Origin: a virus
IMG/VR virus record: IMGVR_UViG_3300029215_000011
Strand: one strand, 5' to 3'
Length of the DNA: 43,906 nt
Position 1 is the first letter of the stretch, and every line of letters begins with the position of its first letter. Shown in pieces: positions 9,843-20,195 of this stretch. The position numbers and the translations under genes are program-made. Below the pieces are notes generated by a model. The model searched no databases. It saw only the letters and a list, made by a program, of their open reading frames with translations, and had not been told where the DNA came from.

Positions 9843-9864
9843 TGTGTAAAAGGAAGGTGGAAAA

Positions 9865-10005
9865 ATGAATACAGAGGAATTATTTGAACTATATAAAAAA
9901 TATGTTTGTGTTAATTGTGCAAACAAGAACAGAGATGTTTGTAATTTACATATAACAATAAATAACGAAGCACAATGCCCAGAATATTTACGAAAGAAGG
10001 AATAA
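9865..10005 (+). CDS. Small Cys-containing hypothetical protein
   Basis: MNTEELFELYKKYVCVNCANKNRDVCNLHITINNEAQCPEYLRKKE, RBS GGAAGGTGG. Confidence 0.45.
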   Translation: MNTEELFELYKKYVCVNCANKNRDVCNLHITINNEAQCPEYLRKKE

Positions 10006-10088
10006 AATGAGTAGTGCAAGATGTATGTTAAGGAAATGTGCTCAATGCAAATACGAACAGAGCTGTTTTAGAAAGGATGTTGAAAATA

Positions 10089-10670
10089 ATGAATATAGTT
10101 TACAAAAAAAGAACGGAACTAATTCCATACGAAAAGAATCCGAGAAAGAACGAAGAAGCGGCAAAGTATGTCGCTAAATCAATAAATGATTTTGGCTTTT
10201 TAGTACCGATATTGATTACAAAAGATAATGTTGTTGTGGCTGGACATACAAGATTAAAAGCAGCAGAAATAAACAATATAGATGAAGTACCTTGTATTAT
10301 TGCAGATGGTTTATCTAAAGAAAAAATAAATGCGTTTAGACTGATTGATAATAAATCAAGTGAAATTGCCGAATGGGATAACGATTTATTAAAGGCAGAA
10401 GTACAGGATCTATTAGACTCAATTCCAGATTTAGAAGAATACAATTTTAATATTGATGATTTTACTAATGATGATGTTTTTGAGGATATAAACGACAATG
10501 GCTACGCAGAAACTACAAGATTTGAACATAAGTTAAAAATAGACAGACAAGAAATTGTAATCACTGAGGAAGAATACAAGAAAATAATTGATTTATTCAA
10601 TAAATACGTTAATGAGAATGGTGTTTCATTCGGATTTGTTAATTATTTGGTAGGTGGTTTCGATGATTGA
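10089..10670 (+). CDS. ParB N-terminal (ParB/Srx) domain protein
   Basis: IPYEKNPRKNEEAAKYVAKSINDFGFLVPILITKDNVVVAGHTRLKAAEINNIDEVPCII. Confidence 0.88.
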   Translation: MNIVYKKRTELIPYEKNPRKNEEAAKYVAKSINDFGFLVPILITKDNVVVAGHTRLKAAEINNIDEVPCIIADGLSKEKINAFRLIDNKSSEIAEWDNDLLKAEVQDLLDSIPDLEEYNFNIDDFTNDDVFEDINDNGYAETTRFEHKLKIDRQEIVITEEEYKKIIDLFNKYVNENGVSFGFVNYLVGGFDD

Positions 10671-12030
10671 GTATGCTGATATTGATACTATAAAACCGGC
10701 ACCATATAACCCTAGGAGAATTGAAGAGCAACAGATTGAACAATTAAAAAGCTCATTCAATGATATAGGCTTTATATTGCCGGTACTTGTAAACAGAAAG
10801 AACAATGTTATTATTGCAGGCCACCAGAGAACAAAAACAGCAAAATTATGCGGAATAACTAAAATACCAGTTATGTATGTTGATAAAATTGTATTAGGCG
10901 ATGAAATAAAATTTAACCAGCTACACAATGGAATTGATAAGACATTAAATAATTCGCAAACTTTATTAAAAGATTATAAAAAGCAAGAATTTATCGAGAT
11001 AGATAATGCTGATTTTACAAACGAAAATGCTTTTGCAACTATTGTAAATGAGATATGCAAACTATTGCTAAAATACGGCAATGCTCTAAGCTGTGTTATA
11101 TGTAAAAATAAAGTTATTTATGGATGTGAGTATGTCAAAGCTTGTAAAATGTTAAATTTGAAAGTAAATTCCTACATATTGCCAGATGACAAGTTTGAAA
11201 AGGTAGTTTATTACTTAAATCTACAATATGGGAAGTATTACTATGGCGATATTGAGAGAAAAACCTATGTTCAAGGTCTTGCTCAATTAAATCGTAGTGT
11301 AGAAAAGCGAGAAGACATTAAGCAAAATAAAAGCACATTATACACATACCTGGTATTGCCATATCTGGAGCAAAGAAAAGAGGATATTTCTATCCTTGAT
11401 TTTGGATGTGGTAAAGGTGCTTATATAAATTCACTTGCAAAGAAATATAAATATGCTCTAGGTTTAGAATTTTACAACAACAATGGTAAGGCCATAAACA
11501 TTAGCAAGGGTAATAAACAAATCGATAATTTAATCAAGTACATAGACCCAAATAAGTATTTTGACGTTGTTGTATGCGATAGTGTACTCAATAGTGTAGA
11601 TAGTTTAGAAGCGGAAGAAAGTGTAATAACGTGCTTAAATTTATTTACTAATGATAGATTGTTTATTTCTGGGAGAACAACAGAGGGATGCAAAATATGG
11701 GAATCTAAGAACGGAAATGCAATAAAAAACAGATTAACTTTTTTAGATGATCATAATTTCACATCTACATATAGAGAAGGTCAATGGTACTTTCAACATT
11801 TTCATAATAAAGATGAAATGATAAAAGAGCTACAAGAAAAAGGTTTTGATGTGATAAATGTATGTTGGAATAAATATGGTACTACATTTCAAATTGAGGC
11901 TAAAAAGGTAAAACAATTAAGCAATGAGCAATATATAAAAGCTCTAGATTTTGAATTTAACCTACCATTACCAAATAACAAAACATACAACAGAAATTTA
12001 GATATAAAAAAGGTTTTGAAATTGAGTTAG
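10654..12030 (+). CDS. ParB-domain protein fused to a class I SAM-methyltransferase domain
   Basis: N-term ParB box (PYNPRRI...GFILPVLVNRKNNVIIAGHQRTKTA); C-term ISILDFGCGKGAYINSLAKK...YFDVVVCDSVLNSV. Confidence 0.85.
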   Translation: MVSMIEYADIDTIKPAPYNPRRIEEQQIEQLKSSFNDIGFILPVLVNRKNNVIIAGHQRTKTAKLCGITKIPVMYVDKIVLGDEIKFNQLHNGIDKTLNNSQTLLKDYKKQEFIEIDNADFTNENAFATIVNEICKLLLKYGNALSCVICKNKVIYGCEYVKACKMLNLKVNSYILPDDKFEKVVYYLNLQYGKYYYGDIERKTYVQGLAQLNRSVEKREDIKQNKSTLYTYLVLPYLEQRKEDISILDFGCGKGAYINSLAKKYKYALGLEFYNNNGKAINISKGNKQIDNLIKYIDPNKYFDVVVCDSVLNSVDSLEAEESVITCLNLFTNDRLFISGRTTEGCKIWESKNGNAIKNRLTFLDDHNFTSTYREGQWYFQHFHNKDEMIKELQEKGFDVINVCWNKYGTTFQIEAKKVKQLSNEQYIKALDFEFNLPLPNNKTYNRNLDIKKVLKLS

Positions 12031-12049
12031 AAAGAGGTGGTGGTAAAAT

Positions 12050-12709
12050 GTGACAGAAAATGAAGAGCAAAAAATAAAAAAGGATTATAAAAAAGGTCTT
12101 AAATATAAAGAAATATGTAAAAAATACAACATCACCCAAAATCAGCTTAAAACTATAATACGCAAATATAAGTTAACCAGAACAAAAAGCAACGCTCAAA
12201 AAGGCAACCAAAATTCCAAAGGCAATAAAGGCGGACATGCTCCATCTGGCAACAAAAATGCTCTTGTTACTGGAGAGTATGAAACATTTTATAATGATGT
12301 ACTTGATGATGATGAAATAAATATATTAAATTCAAGCGACATAAAAAAAGAAAAAGAGTTATTAATAGATGAATATAAATTATTACATATAAGAGAAAAA
12401 AGAATGCTAAAACGAATTAAGAAGTTGCAAGATGGAAAAGATATGACCGTAAAATCTATTAGAGATACTAACAGTAAACATTATGGAAATACAACAGACA
12501 GAGAAATTGTTACAGAATTAGAGTCAAAAGATGAACTGATACAGAGAATTGAAGAAGGTATAACAAGAGTACAAGAGGCAAAAAGAAGATGCATAGAAAC
12601 TATGAATAAATTGATAAATGATGATGATGACGACGACGATGATGATAATTCATTTATAGATGCATTAAACGGAAAAGTAGAGGAAATATGGAATGAAGAA
12701 AAAGAATAA
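12050..12709 (+). CDS. terS: Terminase small subunit
   Basis: N-terminal HTH, SGNKNALVTGEYETF; immediately upstream of terminase large subunit. Confidence 0.85.
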   Translation: MTENEEQKIKKDYKKGLKYKEICKKYNITQNQLKTIIRKYKLTRTKSNAQKGNQNSKGNKGGHAPSGNKNALVTGEYETFYNDVLDDDEINILNSSDIKKEKELLIDEYKLLHIREKRMLKRIKKLQDGKDMTVKSIRDTNSKHYGNTTDREIVTELESKDELIQRIEEGITRVQEAKRRCIETMNKLINDDDDDDDDDNSFIDALNGKVEEIWNEEKE

Positions 12710-14007
12710 ATCAAATTTTAAATGGAAACCTTTTTCAAATAAGCAGTTGAAAATAATGACCTGGTGGAATAAAAATTCACCATACAAGGATTTGGACGGT
12801 ATTATAGCAGATGGAGCAGTAAGAAGTGGTAAAACTGTTGCTATGGCTCCAAGTTTTGTAATGTGGGCAATGGAAAATTTTGATGAGTGTGATTTTGCTA
12901 TATGTGGAAAAACGATAGGGTCTCTTAATAGGAATGTTATTAACACACTAAAAAAACAACTGCATTCGTTAAAATATAGATATGAACATAAAAGAAGTGA
13001 TAATGTATTAATAGTTAGTAAAAACGGAAAAACTAACTATTTTTATTTATTTGGTGGAAAAGATGAAAGTTCACAGGATTTAATACAGCGGAATGACATT
13101 AGCAGGAATATTTTTTGATGAAGTTGTACTAATGCCAGAGTCATTTGTTACACAAGGCTTGGCAAGATTAAGTGTTGAAGGCTCAAAATTCTGGTTTAAT
13201 TGTAATCCAGATAATCCAAATCATTGGTTTAAACTTGAATTTGTAGACAAGATTGAAGAAAAGCATATATTATATCTACATTTCACTCAAGATGACAATT
13301 TAACCTTATCAGAGAAGAAAAAAGAACAATATATCAGAATGTTTAAAGGTGTTTTCTACAAGAGAAATATTTTAGGTTTATGGGTTGCCGCTGAAGGTCT
13401 TATATTTCAACAAATTTCCGATAATGCGGATAGATTTATTACAAATGAAGTTCAAATGAATTCTATTATCTCGATTGGAATTGACTGGGGTGGTAATGGG
13501 TCTGCACACAGCATAACAGCTACTAAAATTAGAAGAGATTTTAAAGGTGTACAATGTATTAAATCTGATAAAATGCCTGCAAAGGGAACAGGCACAAGAG
13601 AAGTTTTTAGATGGATAATAAATTTTATAAAAGAGATACAGAATAAGTTTGGGACTGTGTCTTTTATTTTTGCCGATTGTGCTGAAAAAGTATTAAACAA
13701 TTCTCTGAATGGAGAACTACAATTAAACGGAATAGACCTTATAGTACAAGACAGCATTAAGACAGCAATAAAAGACCGAATTGAGTTAATTAATAGAATT
13801 TTAAATTTGGATAAATTAACATTTATAAAAAATGCAACAAAAACAGTTATAGTGGCACTTCAAACAGCACTGTACGATGAAAAAGCAAAAGATGACAGAT
13901 GGATAGATGATGGAAAAACATCAGATATAGATAGTTTGGATAGTTTTGTGTATTCATTTGAGTATTGGTTTGAAGAATTATCTTATTATATAGGAGAGGT
14001 AGCATAA
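12693..14007 (+). CDS. terL: Terminase large subunit, split by +1 frame change at CGG 13089-13091
   Basis: Walker A GAVRSGKT in the first ORF (12693-13118); LAGIFFDEVVLMP and nuclease domain in the second (13093-14007); joined reading SSQDLIQ-G-MTLAGIFFDE. Confidence 0.93.
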
Positions 14008-15546
14008 ATGGACAATAGTATTATTTTAAATTATTTACGAAATGAAGGTTATGGAACAGTTTCGACAGAATATTATAATTTTATACAGGTATGGGAAAAT
14101 TGGTGGAAAAATCAAGTAAAATTTCATAATTATCATGATTCAACTGGAAAAGAGCGAAAAATGTATACTTTAGGAATGGCAAAAAGACTTGCTGAAGATT
14201 GGTCAAGTATATTATTTAGTGAGAAAGATGAAATTAAAACAAAATGTAATGCAGTACTTCAAACAAAAGCGAATAATAAGTTCCTTGAACTGCAATTGGA
14301 AAATATGAAATTATATGAGGATTTACCTGAAACACTTGAAAAAGGAATGGCAATGGGAACAGCGGGGGCAGTTTTAAGAATAAAATATGCGGAGGTAACA
14401 AAAGGTGCAAATATTAAAGCTAATGAAAGAACAAAATTGGATATTATATATTTGTCAGCCAAACAAATTATACCACTTAAGGTTGAACATGGAAGGATTA
14501 TTGATGTTGCTTTTGCAAGTGAGAATATAGTTGGGGATAAGGTAGAATATTATATAGAAATTCACAGGTTAATCTGGGATAACAAGAGAAAGAAAGAAAA
14601 ATATATAATAACTAATACATATTTAGATGAAAATGGAAAAGAAATTCAAAAAAATGGTATTGCAAAAGGTTTTACAGTAAATTCAAATATTCCATTGTTT
14701 GCAATATTTAAACCTGCAATTGCTAATCCATTAGAAATAGATTACAAAACAAATGGAATGGGGTATTCTGTGTATGGTAATGCAATAGACCAACTACAAT
14801 CAACGGATATTACTTTCAATAATTTTGTTATGGATTTTTATTTAGGTGGAAAAAAAGTATTTTATAATAAAAAAATAGTGCAAACGCAAAGCAAAACTAT
14901 AAGTCAACAAGATGGCACAGTAATTGAAAAAGAAGTACAGCAATATCCAGATGATATTATGAGACAGCAATGGGTTACATATGGAGACCAACAAAAAAGC
15001 TTAAAGGATGATCCAGCTGTGACAGAATACAACCCAGAATTAAGAGTAACCGAAGATAAGGAAGGCATTCAGTTTGCTCTGGATTTGTTATCGTTTAAAG
15101 CGGGGTTGGGAGCTAAATACTATAAATTTGACAATGGTAGTGTTGTAACGGCAACACAATATGTAGGAGATAAGCAAGATTTAGTTGAGAATGCAAATAA
15201 ACACAGAAAGAATGTTAATACATTTGTAAAGGATATATGTAAAGGAATTTTACTTTTGGGTAGAATATTGTTTCATAAAGATGTAACTGAAGATTGCAAT
15301 ATCGAAGTAGTTGATAAAGATGGATTTATGGTTGATACAGAAACCGCTAAAGCTGAATTTAGGCAAGATATTGCACAAGGAATACGACAGACTTGGGAAT
15401 ATAGAGTTAAGTTCCTTGGAGAAGATGAGGAAACTGCAAAAGCCAGGGTAAATGGAGAAGAGATTGGGAATATAGAAGAAATTAAAAAAGATGATAAAAA
15501 GACAAATGAGAATAAAGAACAGCAAAAAAATGAAGAAGAGGAATAA
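14008..15546 (+). CDS. Phage portal protein
   Basis: Position and SPP1/Gp6-like portal features (MGTAGAVLRIKYAE, GMGYSVYGNAIDQLQSTDITFNNFVMDF). Confidence 0.9.
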   Translation: MDNSIILNYLRNEGYGTVSTEYYNFIQVWENWWKNQVKFHNYHDSTGKERKMYTLGMAKRLAEDWSSILFSEKDEIKTKCNAVLQTKANNKFLELQLENMKLYEDLPETLEKGMAMGTAGAVLRIKYAEVTKGANIKANERTKLDIIYLSAKQIIPLKVEHGRIIDVAFASENIVGDKVEYYIEIHRLIWDNKRKKEKYIITNTYLDENGKEIQKNGIAKGFTVNSNIPLFAIFKPAIANPLEIDYKTNGMGYSVYGNAIDQLQSTDITFNNFVMDFYLGGKKVFYNKKIVQTQSKTISQQDGTVIEKEVQQYPDDIMRQQWVTYGDQQKSLKDDPAVTEYNPELRVTEDKEGIQFALDLLSFKAGLGAKYYKFDNGSVVTATQYVGDKQDLVENANKHRKNVNTFVKDICKGILLLGRILFHKDVTEDCNIEVVDKDGFMVDTETAKAEFRQDIAQGIRQTWEYRVKFLGEDEETAKARVNGEEIGNIEEIKKDDKKTNENKEQQKNEEEE

Positions 15547-15549
15547 TAT

Positions 15550-16656
15550 ATGTTAACACCTGAATATTTAAATATGATTGAATTTAATGATGTTGTAGAT
15601 ATATATACTAAACTAAATATTAATATTACAGCAGATATTATTCGCAGAGTTTCTGCAATGGGAAATATTAGTTCAATAACCAGAAACCAAATTAAGATTT
15701 TAATGCAAACAAATGGCAAAGAAATATTTGAAAAAACATTAATGGAAACAGCAATGTTAACAGCAGAGAGAAAAGAAGCATTAAAAACATTATATGAAGA
15801 TATTGCTAAAAATGATATGCAAGGATACAAAGATTTATATAAATATAGGAATAAGCCATATAAACTTTCAGCCATACAATATCAAATTTTAAATGCAGGT
15901 TTAAAACAGACAAACAGAATATTAAAAAACTTTACAAACACAATTGCTTTTAGGAGCAAGCAAATTTATATTGATGCTGTAGATGAAGCTTATACCAAAA
16001 TTGCAAGTGGCGCATTTGATTATGCTACAGCTATTAATCAAGCAGTACAAAAGTTGGCAGACAAAGGAATAACATTAAAAGATAGAATTGGAAGAAATGT
16101 TCAATTAGAAGTAGCAGTAAGAAGAAATGTAATGAGTGGAATTCAAGAAACTGCAAATATAATGAATAGAGATATAGAAAAAAATTTGGGGTGCAATGGG
16201 TATGAGGTAACAGCTCATAATGGATCACGACCAACTCACGCGAAAGAACAAGGAAAGCAATTTGCAACTAAAAAAAGTGATGCAGAAAAGTATGGTGTAG
16301 GATACTGGAAAGATGTTGAAAAACTATGGAATGAGTATAATTGTAGGCATACATATTTTGGAATTATTTTGGGAATATCACAGCCACAGTATACTAATAA
16401 AGAGCTTGTGAAAATGAAAAATGCAAAGGTTATTTTTAATGGTGAATCTGTTCCATTATATGAAGCAACTCAAAAGCAGAGAGCATTAGAAAATAAAATT
16501 AGACATCAAAAAAGAACAGTTCAAATATTAGAAAAATCGGGACAAGATGTAAAAAATGCAAAAACAAAGTTAGCACAAACTCAAAAAGAACTTACAGCAT
16601 TTTGTAAAGAAACAGGACTTGAAAAAGATTATTCAAGGACAAGAATAGCAAAGTAA
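15550..16656 (+). CDS. Phage minor capsid protein (Phage_min_cap2 type)
   Basis: YEVTAHNGSRPTHAKEQGKQF...NCRHTYFGIILG. Confidence 0.85.
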   Translation: MLTPEYLNMIEFNDVVDIYTKLNINITADIIRRVSAMGNISSITRNQIKILMQTNGKEIFEKTLMETAMLTAERKEALKTLYEDIAKNDMQGYKDLYKYRNKPYKLSAIQYQILNAGLKQTNRILKNFTNTIAFRSKQIYIDAVDEAYTKIASGAFDYATAINQAVQKLADKGITLKDRIGRNVQLEVAVRRNVMSGIQETANIMNRDIEKNLGCNGYEVTAHNGSRPTHAKEQGKQFATKKSDAEKYGVGYWKDVEKLWNEYNCRHTYFGIILGISQPQYTNKELVKMKNAKVIFNGESVPLYEATQKQRALENKIRHQKRTVQILEKSGQDVKNAKTKLAQTQKELTAFCKETGLEKDYSRTRIAK

Positions 16657-16882
16657 AGCAGATAAAATTAGTGCCAACCGAAAGCGACCGTCGGTTAAAT
16701 GGTGTCATATACACCAGCTAATAAAAATAAAGAAAAAGCCTAGTCGACGAGGCTTATTTTTTATGCCTTTTTTTAATTAGGCAATAAAGAAATTAAAGTG
16801 TTGGGCATACGACGTTAAAAATAGCAAATATTATCAAATTCAAGGGAAGAAAAACCCGTAGAAAATCGTAGGAGGAGAAAAT

Positions 16883-17458
16883 ATGAAAAGAGGTTTTTTA
16901 GAGAATTTATTAAATGTAATTGAGGACGAAAGTACTAGAAAAAGCATAATCAATAGTATTTTAGATGAAAATGGTAATGATTTAAATGCAGAAAAGGCAA
17001 AAACTGAATCTGTCAAGAATGATTTAAAAGTAAAAGAAAGTTTAATAAATGAATTAAATGAAAAAATCAAAGCAAATGATGACTTTGATATAGACAAGAT
17101 AAAAGAAGAAGAGTTTAACAGAGGAAAAGAAGAAGGCTCAAAGGAATTTGATGAATTCAAAAAAACAAATGCACTAAAAAACAGCATTAAAGGAGCAAAG
17201 GATGTTGATTATGTTATTAGCAAATTAGATATTGACAAACTTGAGTTTGAAAAAAACGAACAAGGTGATTATTTAGTTAGTGGAGTTGAGGATCAATTAA
17301 AAGATATACGACAAAAACACTCTTTTGTGTTCGATGATGTTGATAATGTGCAAGATGAGCCACAAGAAATAAGTTTGGGTGGATACCATAGTAATCCATC
17401 TGCAACTGATGGCTTATCAATATTAGAAGAAGCTATGGGAATAAAAAAAGATAAATAG
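16883..17458 (+). CDS. Capsid scaffolding protein (GP20-like)
   Basis: Charged coiled-coil protein directly before major capsid. Confidence 0.8.
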   Translation: MKRGFLENLLNVIEDESTRKSIINSILDENGNDLNAEKAKTESVKNDLKVKESLINELNEKIKANDDFDIDKIKEEEFNRGKEEGSKEFDEFKKTNALKNSIKGAKDVDYVISKLDIDKLEFEKNEQGDYLVSGVEDQLKDIRQKHSFVFDDVDNVQDEPQEISLGGYHSNPSATDGLSILEEAMGIKKDK

Positions 17459-17475
17459 TAAAGGAGAGAATTATT

Positions 17476-18354
17476 ATGCCAAATACAATAGAATTATTTA
17501 AAAAACACGCACCAGAGTTATTAGATAAAATTTATAAAGCAGAATCAACAACAAGTGATTTTGATATTAATGGAGCATTAGTACAAGCTGGGAAAAATGC
17601 AAATGAGATAATAGTACCAGTATTAGATATGGATGGACTAGGAGATTATGACAGAAATAGCGGATATATTGATGGAGATGTTTCTTTAACAAATGAAACA
17701 AAGAAATTCAATTATGAAAGAGGAAGAAAATTAAAAACTGATACAATTGATAATGAAGAAACTGGAGGAATTATATTATCAAATTTATCTGCTGAATTTT
17801 TAAGAACAAAAGTTATTCCAGAAGTTGATGCCGTTAGATATTCTACATATGCAGCAATACCTGGTATTTCTAAAGTACCTACAGGAATAACATATACAAC
17901 AGGAGAAGAAGTATACAAGGCAATTTCAACAGCTTATGATGAAATGACAAACGATGAAGTTCCAGAAGAGAATAGATATTTAAGGATTACATCTACATTG
18001 CTTGGAATGATTAGGGATATGGATACATACAAATCAAAAGAAATATTATCCAAATTTGCAGGAATTAAAGTGGTTCCACAAGCTCGTTTCCAAACTGTAA
18101 TTGAACTATTAAGTGGCAAAGATAGTGATGGAGAAAGAAAAGGCGGATTCAAGAAAGGTACTGGGGCAAAGGATATAAACTTTATGATTATACATAAACC
18201 AGCTTTATTACAATATACAAAACACAACAAAATGAAACTATTTACACCAGACCAAGACCAAGATGGAGATAACTATAAATGGTTATATAGATTATATGGT
18301 TTAAATGAATATTATAAAAATAAAGTAGCAGGTATTTATTTATCACATAAATAG
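17476..18354 (+). CDS. Major capsid protein
   Basis: Position and ORF architecture after scaffold. Confidence 0.85.
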   Translation: MPNTIELFKKHAPELLDKIYKAESTTSDFDINGALVQAGKNANEIIVPVLDMDGLGDYDRNSGYIDGDVSLTNETKKFNYERGRKLKTDTIDNEETGGIILSNLSAEFLRTKVIPEVDAVRYSTYAAIPGISKVPTGITYTTGEEVYKAISTAYDEMTNDEVPEENRYLRITSTLLGMIRDMDTYKSKEILSKFAGIKVVPQARFQTVIELLSGKDSDGERKGGFKKGTGAKDINFMIIHKPALLQYTKHNKMKLFTPDQDQDGDNYKWLYRLYGLNEYYKNKVAGIYLSHK

Positions 18355-18372
18355 AGAGGGGGAAAAATTTAT

Positions 18373-18597
18373 ATGTCAAAATTAATAGGAGTAGGTCACT
18401 CTTTTAATTCAGATGAAGAAGCAAGAGTAAAAGAGCTAAAAGAAGAAATAGAAAAATTAAAACAAGAAACAAGTAATACTGAAAGTATTGTTAAAGAAAA
18501 TAAAAAGCTAAAAGAAGAAATAAAAGTTTTAAAGGCAAATGTTGAAAAGCTAAAAGCAACAACTGAAAATGAGAATGGCAAACAAGAAAATAAATAG
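18373..18597 (+). CDS. Small coiled-coil protein
   Basis: ORF MSKLIGVGHSFNSDEEARVKELKEE. Confidence 0.55.
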   Translation: MSKLIGVGHSFNSDEEARVKELKEEIEKLKQETSNTESIVKENKKLKEEIKVLKANVEKLKATTENENGKQENK

Positions 18598-18608
18598 TAG
18601 GTGATTAT

Positions 18609-18965
18609 ATGGTATATGTAGACTATACATACTATAAAAATAATTTTTTTGGAAAGTTAGAAGAAAATAAATTTGATGAATTAGTAATAAAAGCTAGTAG
18701 AGAAATTGATAAAAATGTTAATGCTGTTATTACAGAACAAGTAGTAAATCAATTAAAGATTGAGGCACAAGATAGATTGAAATATACTACTTGTGTTCTT
18801 ATTGATTTAATAAATAGAAAACAAGAAAGTGATAACAGAAAAATAACAGGTTATTCTATAGATGGTGTAAATAAAACTTTTAAAGATATATCTGTAGATG
18901 AATATAATAATTTAACAAGAGATGTGTTTAGTTCCTTGCCACATGAACTTACTTGTTATCTGTAG
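18609..18965 (+). CDS. Head-tail connector
   Basis: ORF in connector position. Confidence 0.65.
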   Translation: MVYVDYTYYKNNFFGKLEENKFDELVIKASREIDKNVNAVITEQVVNQLKIEAQDRLKYTTCVLIDLINRKQESDNRKITGYSIDGVNKTFKDISVDEYNNLTRDVFSSLPHELTCYL

Positions 18966-18974
18966 GAGGAAAAT

Positions 18975-19346
18975 ATGTCCGAGTTTCCAACACAAAAGAT
19001 TACAATATATCACAAAGAGCAAACAGAATATAAAAGATATGTAGTAACAGCAAGTATTAGACATACATATATTCTTAATCATAACAAAAATGGAAATACA
19101 TCTATTGATAGTGTTTTAATAAGAATTTTTGATATAGATAATGTTGATGTTGAATATTTAATTGCAAAAGGAGATATTGTAGTAGATTGTGAGGTCAAAG
19201 ATATTATTAACGGAAATACACCCCAAGCACAATTAGAAAAAATATATGGAAAAGAAAGTGTTTTTAAAGTAAATTCTGCTGAATATTTTAAATTCGATGA
19301 TGAAGATATAAAAGACCTTTTCCACATGAAAGTTGGTTGTGTTTAA
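18975..19346 (+). CDS. Head closure / minor capsid protein
   Basis: Synteny. Confidence 0.6.
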   Translation: MSEFPTQKITIYHKEQTEYKRYVVTASIRHTYILNHNKNGNTSIDSVLIRIFDIDNVDVEYLIAKGDIVVDCEVKDIINGNTPQAQLEKIYGKESVFKVNSAEYFKFDDEDIKDLFHMKVGCV

Positions 19347-19765
19347 TGGGTTGGCAAGCAAAACTAAAAACAGCAAGGCAGATATACAATGAGCTAGGAT
19401 TAGAAGAAAAGGGAAGTGTTCAAAAGTATATTGACAAGAGGGTTGTAGAAAATTTACAACCCTATGTTTCTTTTAAAAGCGGAGCACAAGAAAAATCTAT
19501 AGTTTTAGGATCCGTATTAGGTAGCGGAAGAGTGATAATAAATGTTCCATATGCACAATTTCAAGCAGGTGGAAAGGTAATGATTGGTACAGAAAGTCAT
19601 AGCTCATGGGCAAGATACGGCGAAAAAAAAGTGGTAACTGCTAAAAATTTAAAATATCACGGTGGTGGCAAAAGGGGAGCACATCCGTTTGAAAGAATGA
19701 AAGCAGACAAAAAAAATGCCATTCTCGATGAAGTAACAAAACATGCAAGGAGGTTATCAAAGTAA
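19337..19765 (+). CDS. Minor capsid / tail completion protein
   Basis: YVSFKSGAQEKSIVLGS...HGGGKRGAHPFERMKADKKNAILDEV; synteny. Confidence 0.65.
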   Translation: MCLMGWQAKLKTARQIYNELGLEEKGSVQKYIDKRVVENLQPYVSFKSGAQEKSIVLGSVLGSGRVIINVPYAQFQAGGKVMIGTESHSSWARYGEKKVVTAKNLKYHGGGKRGAHPFERMKADKKNAILDEVTKHARRLSK

Positions 19766-20193
19766 TGGATAAAATAACAAGTGCAATTAATAAATGGCTT
19801 TTGCAATATGAGCAGATTAAAGAAATTGCTGAAATAGTACATTCAGAAGAATTGCCAGACTGTGTTGATACATTGGCACTACAACGAACAGGAGTAGAAA
19901 ATTTACCACTTAAATATATTTCTCAAAAAGGTTGGTATAGACAATACCAATATATTTTATTACTAAAAAAATACAGTGAAGATGATTCGCAGAGAACAGA
20001 AAACCTTGATTGGTTAGATGATTTAAGCGATTGGATAGATAAACAAAATATTTTAAGAAATTTTCCAAAAATAGAAACTAAAAAAGTAAAGAAAGTGAGC
20101 TGTGCAAATGCAATAACTTATGAAACAAGCGAAGATGGTAGTGTAAGTGCATATTATATACAGCTCTATTTTAATATAGAAGGAGGAATTTAG
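19765..20193 (+). CDS. Minor capsid protein
   Basis: YISQKGWYRQYQYILLLKKYSEDDSQR; synteny. Confidence 0.65.
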   Translation: MDKITSAINKWLLQYEQIKEIAEIVHSEELPDCVDTLALQRTGVENLPLKYISQKGWYRQYQYILLLKKYSEDDSQRTENLDWLDDLSDWIDKQNILRNFPKIETKKVKKVSCANAITYETSEDGSVSAYYIQLYFNIEGGI

Positions 20194-20195
20194 TT

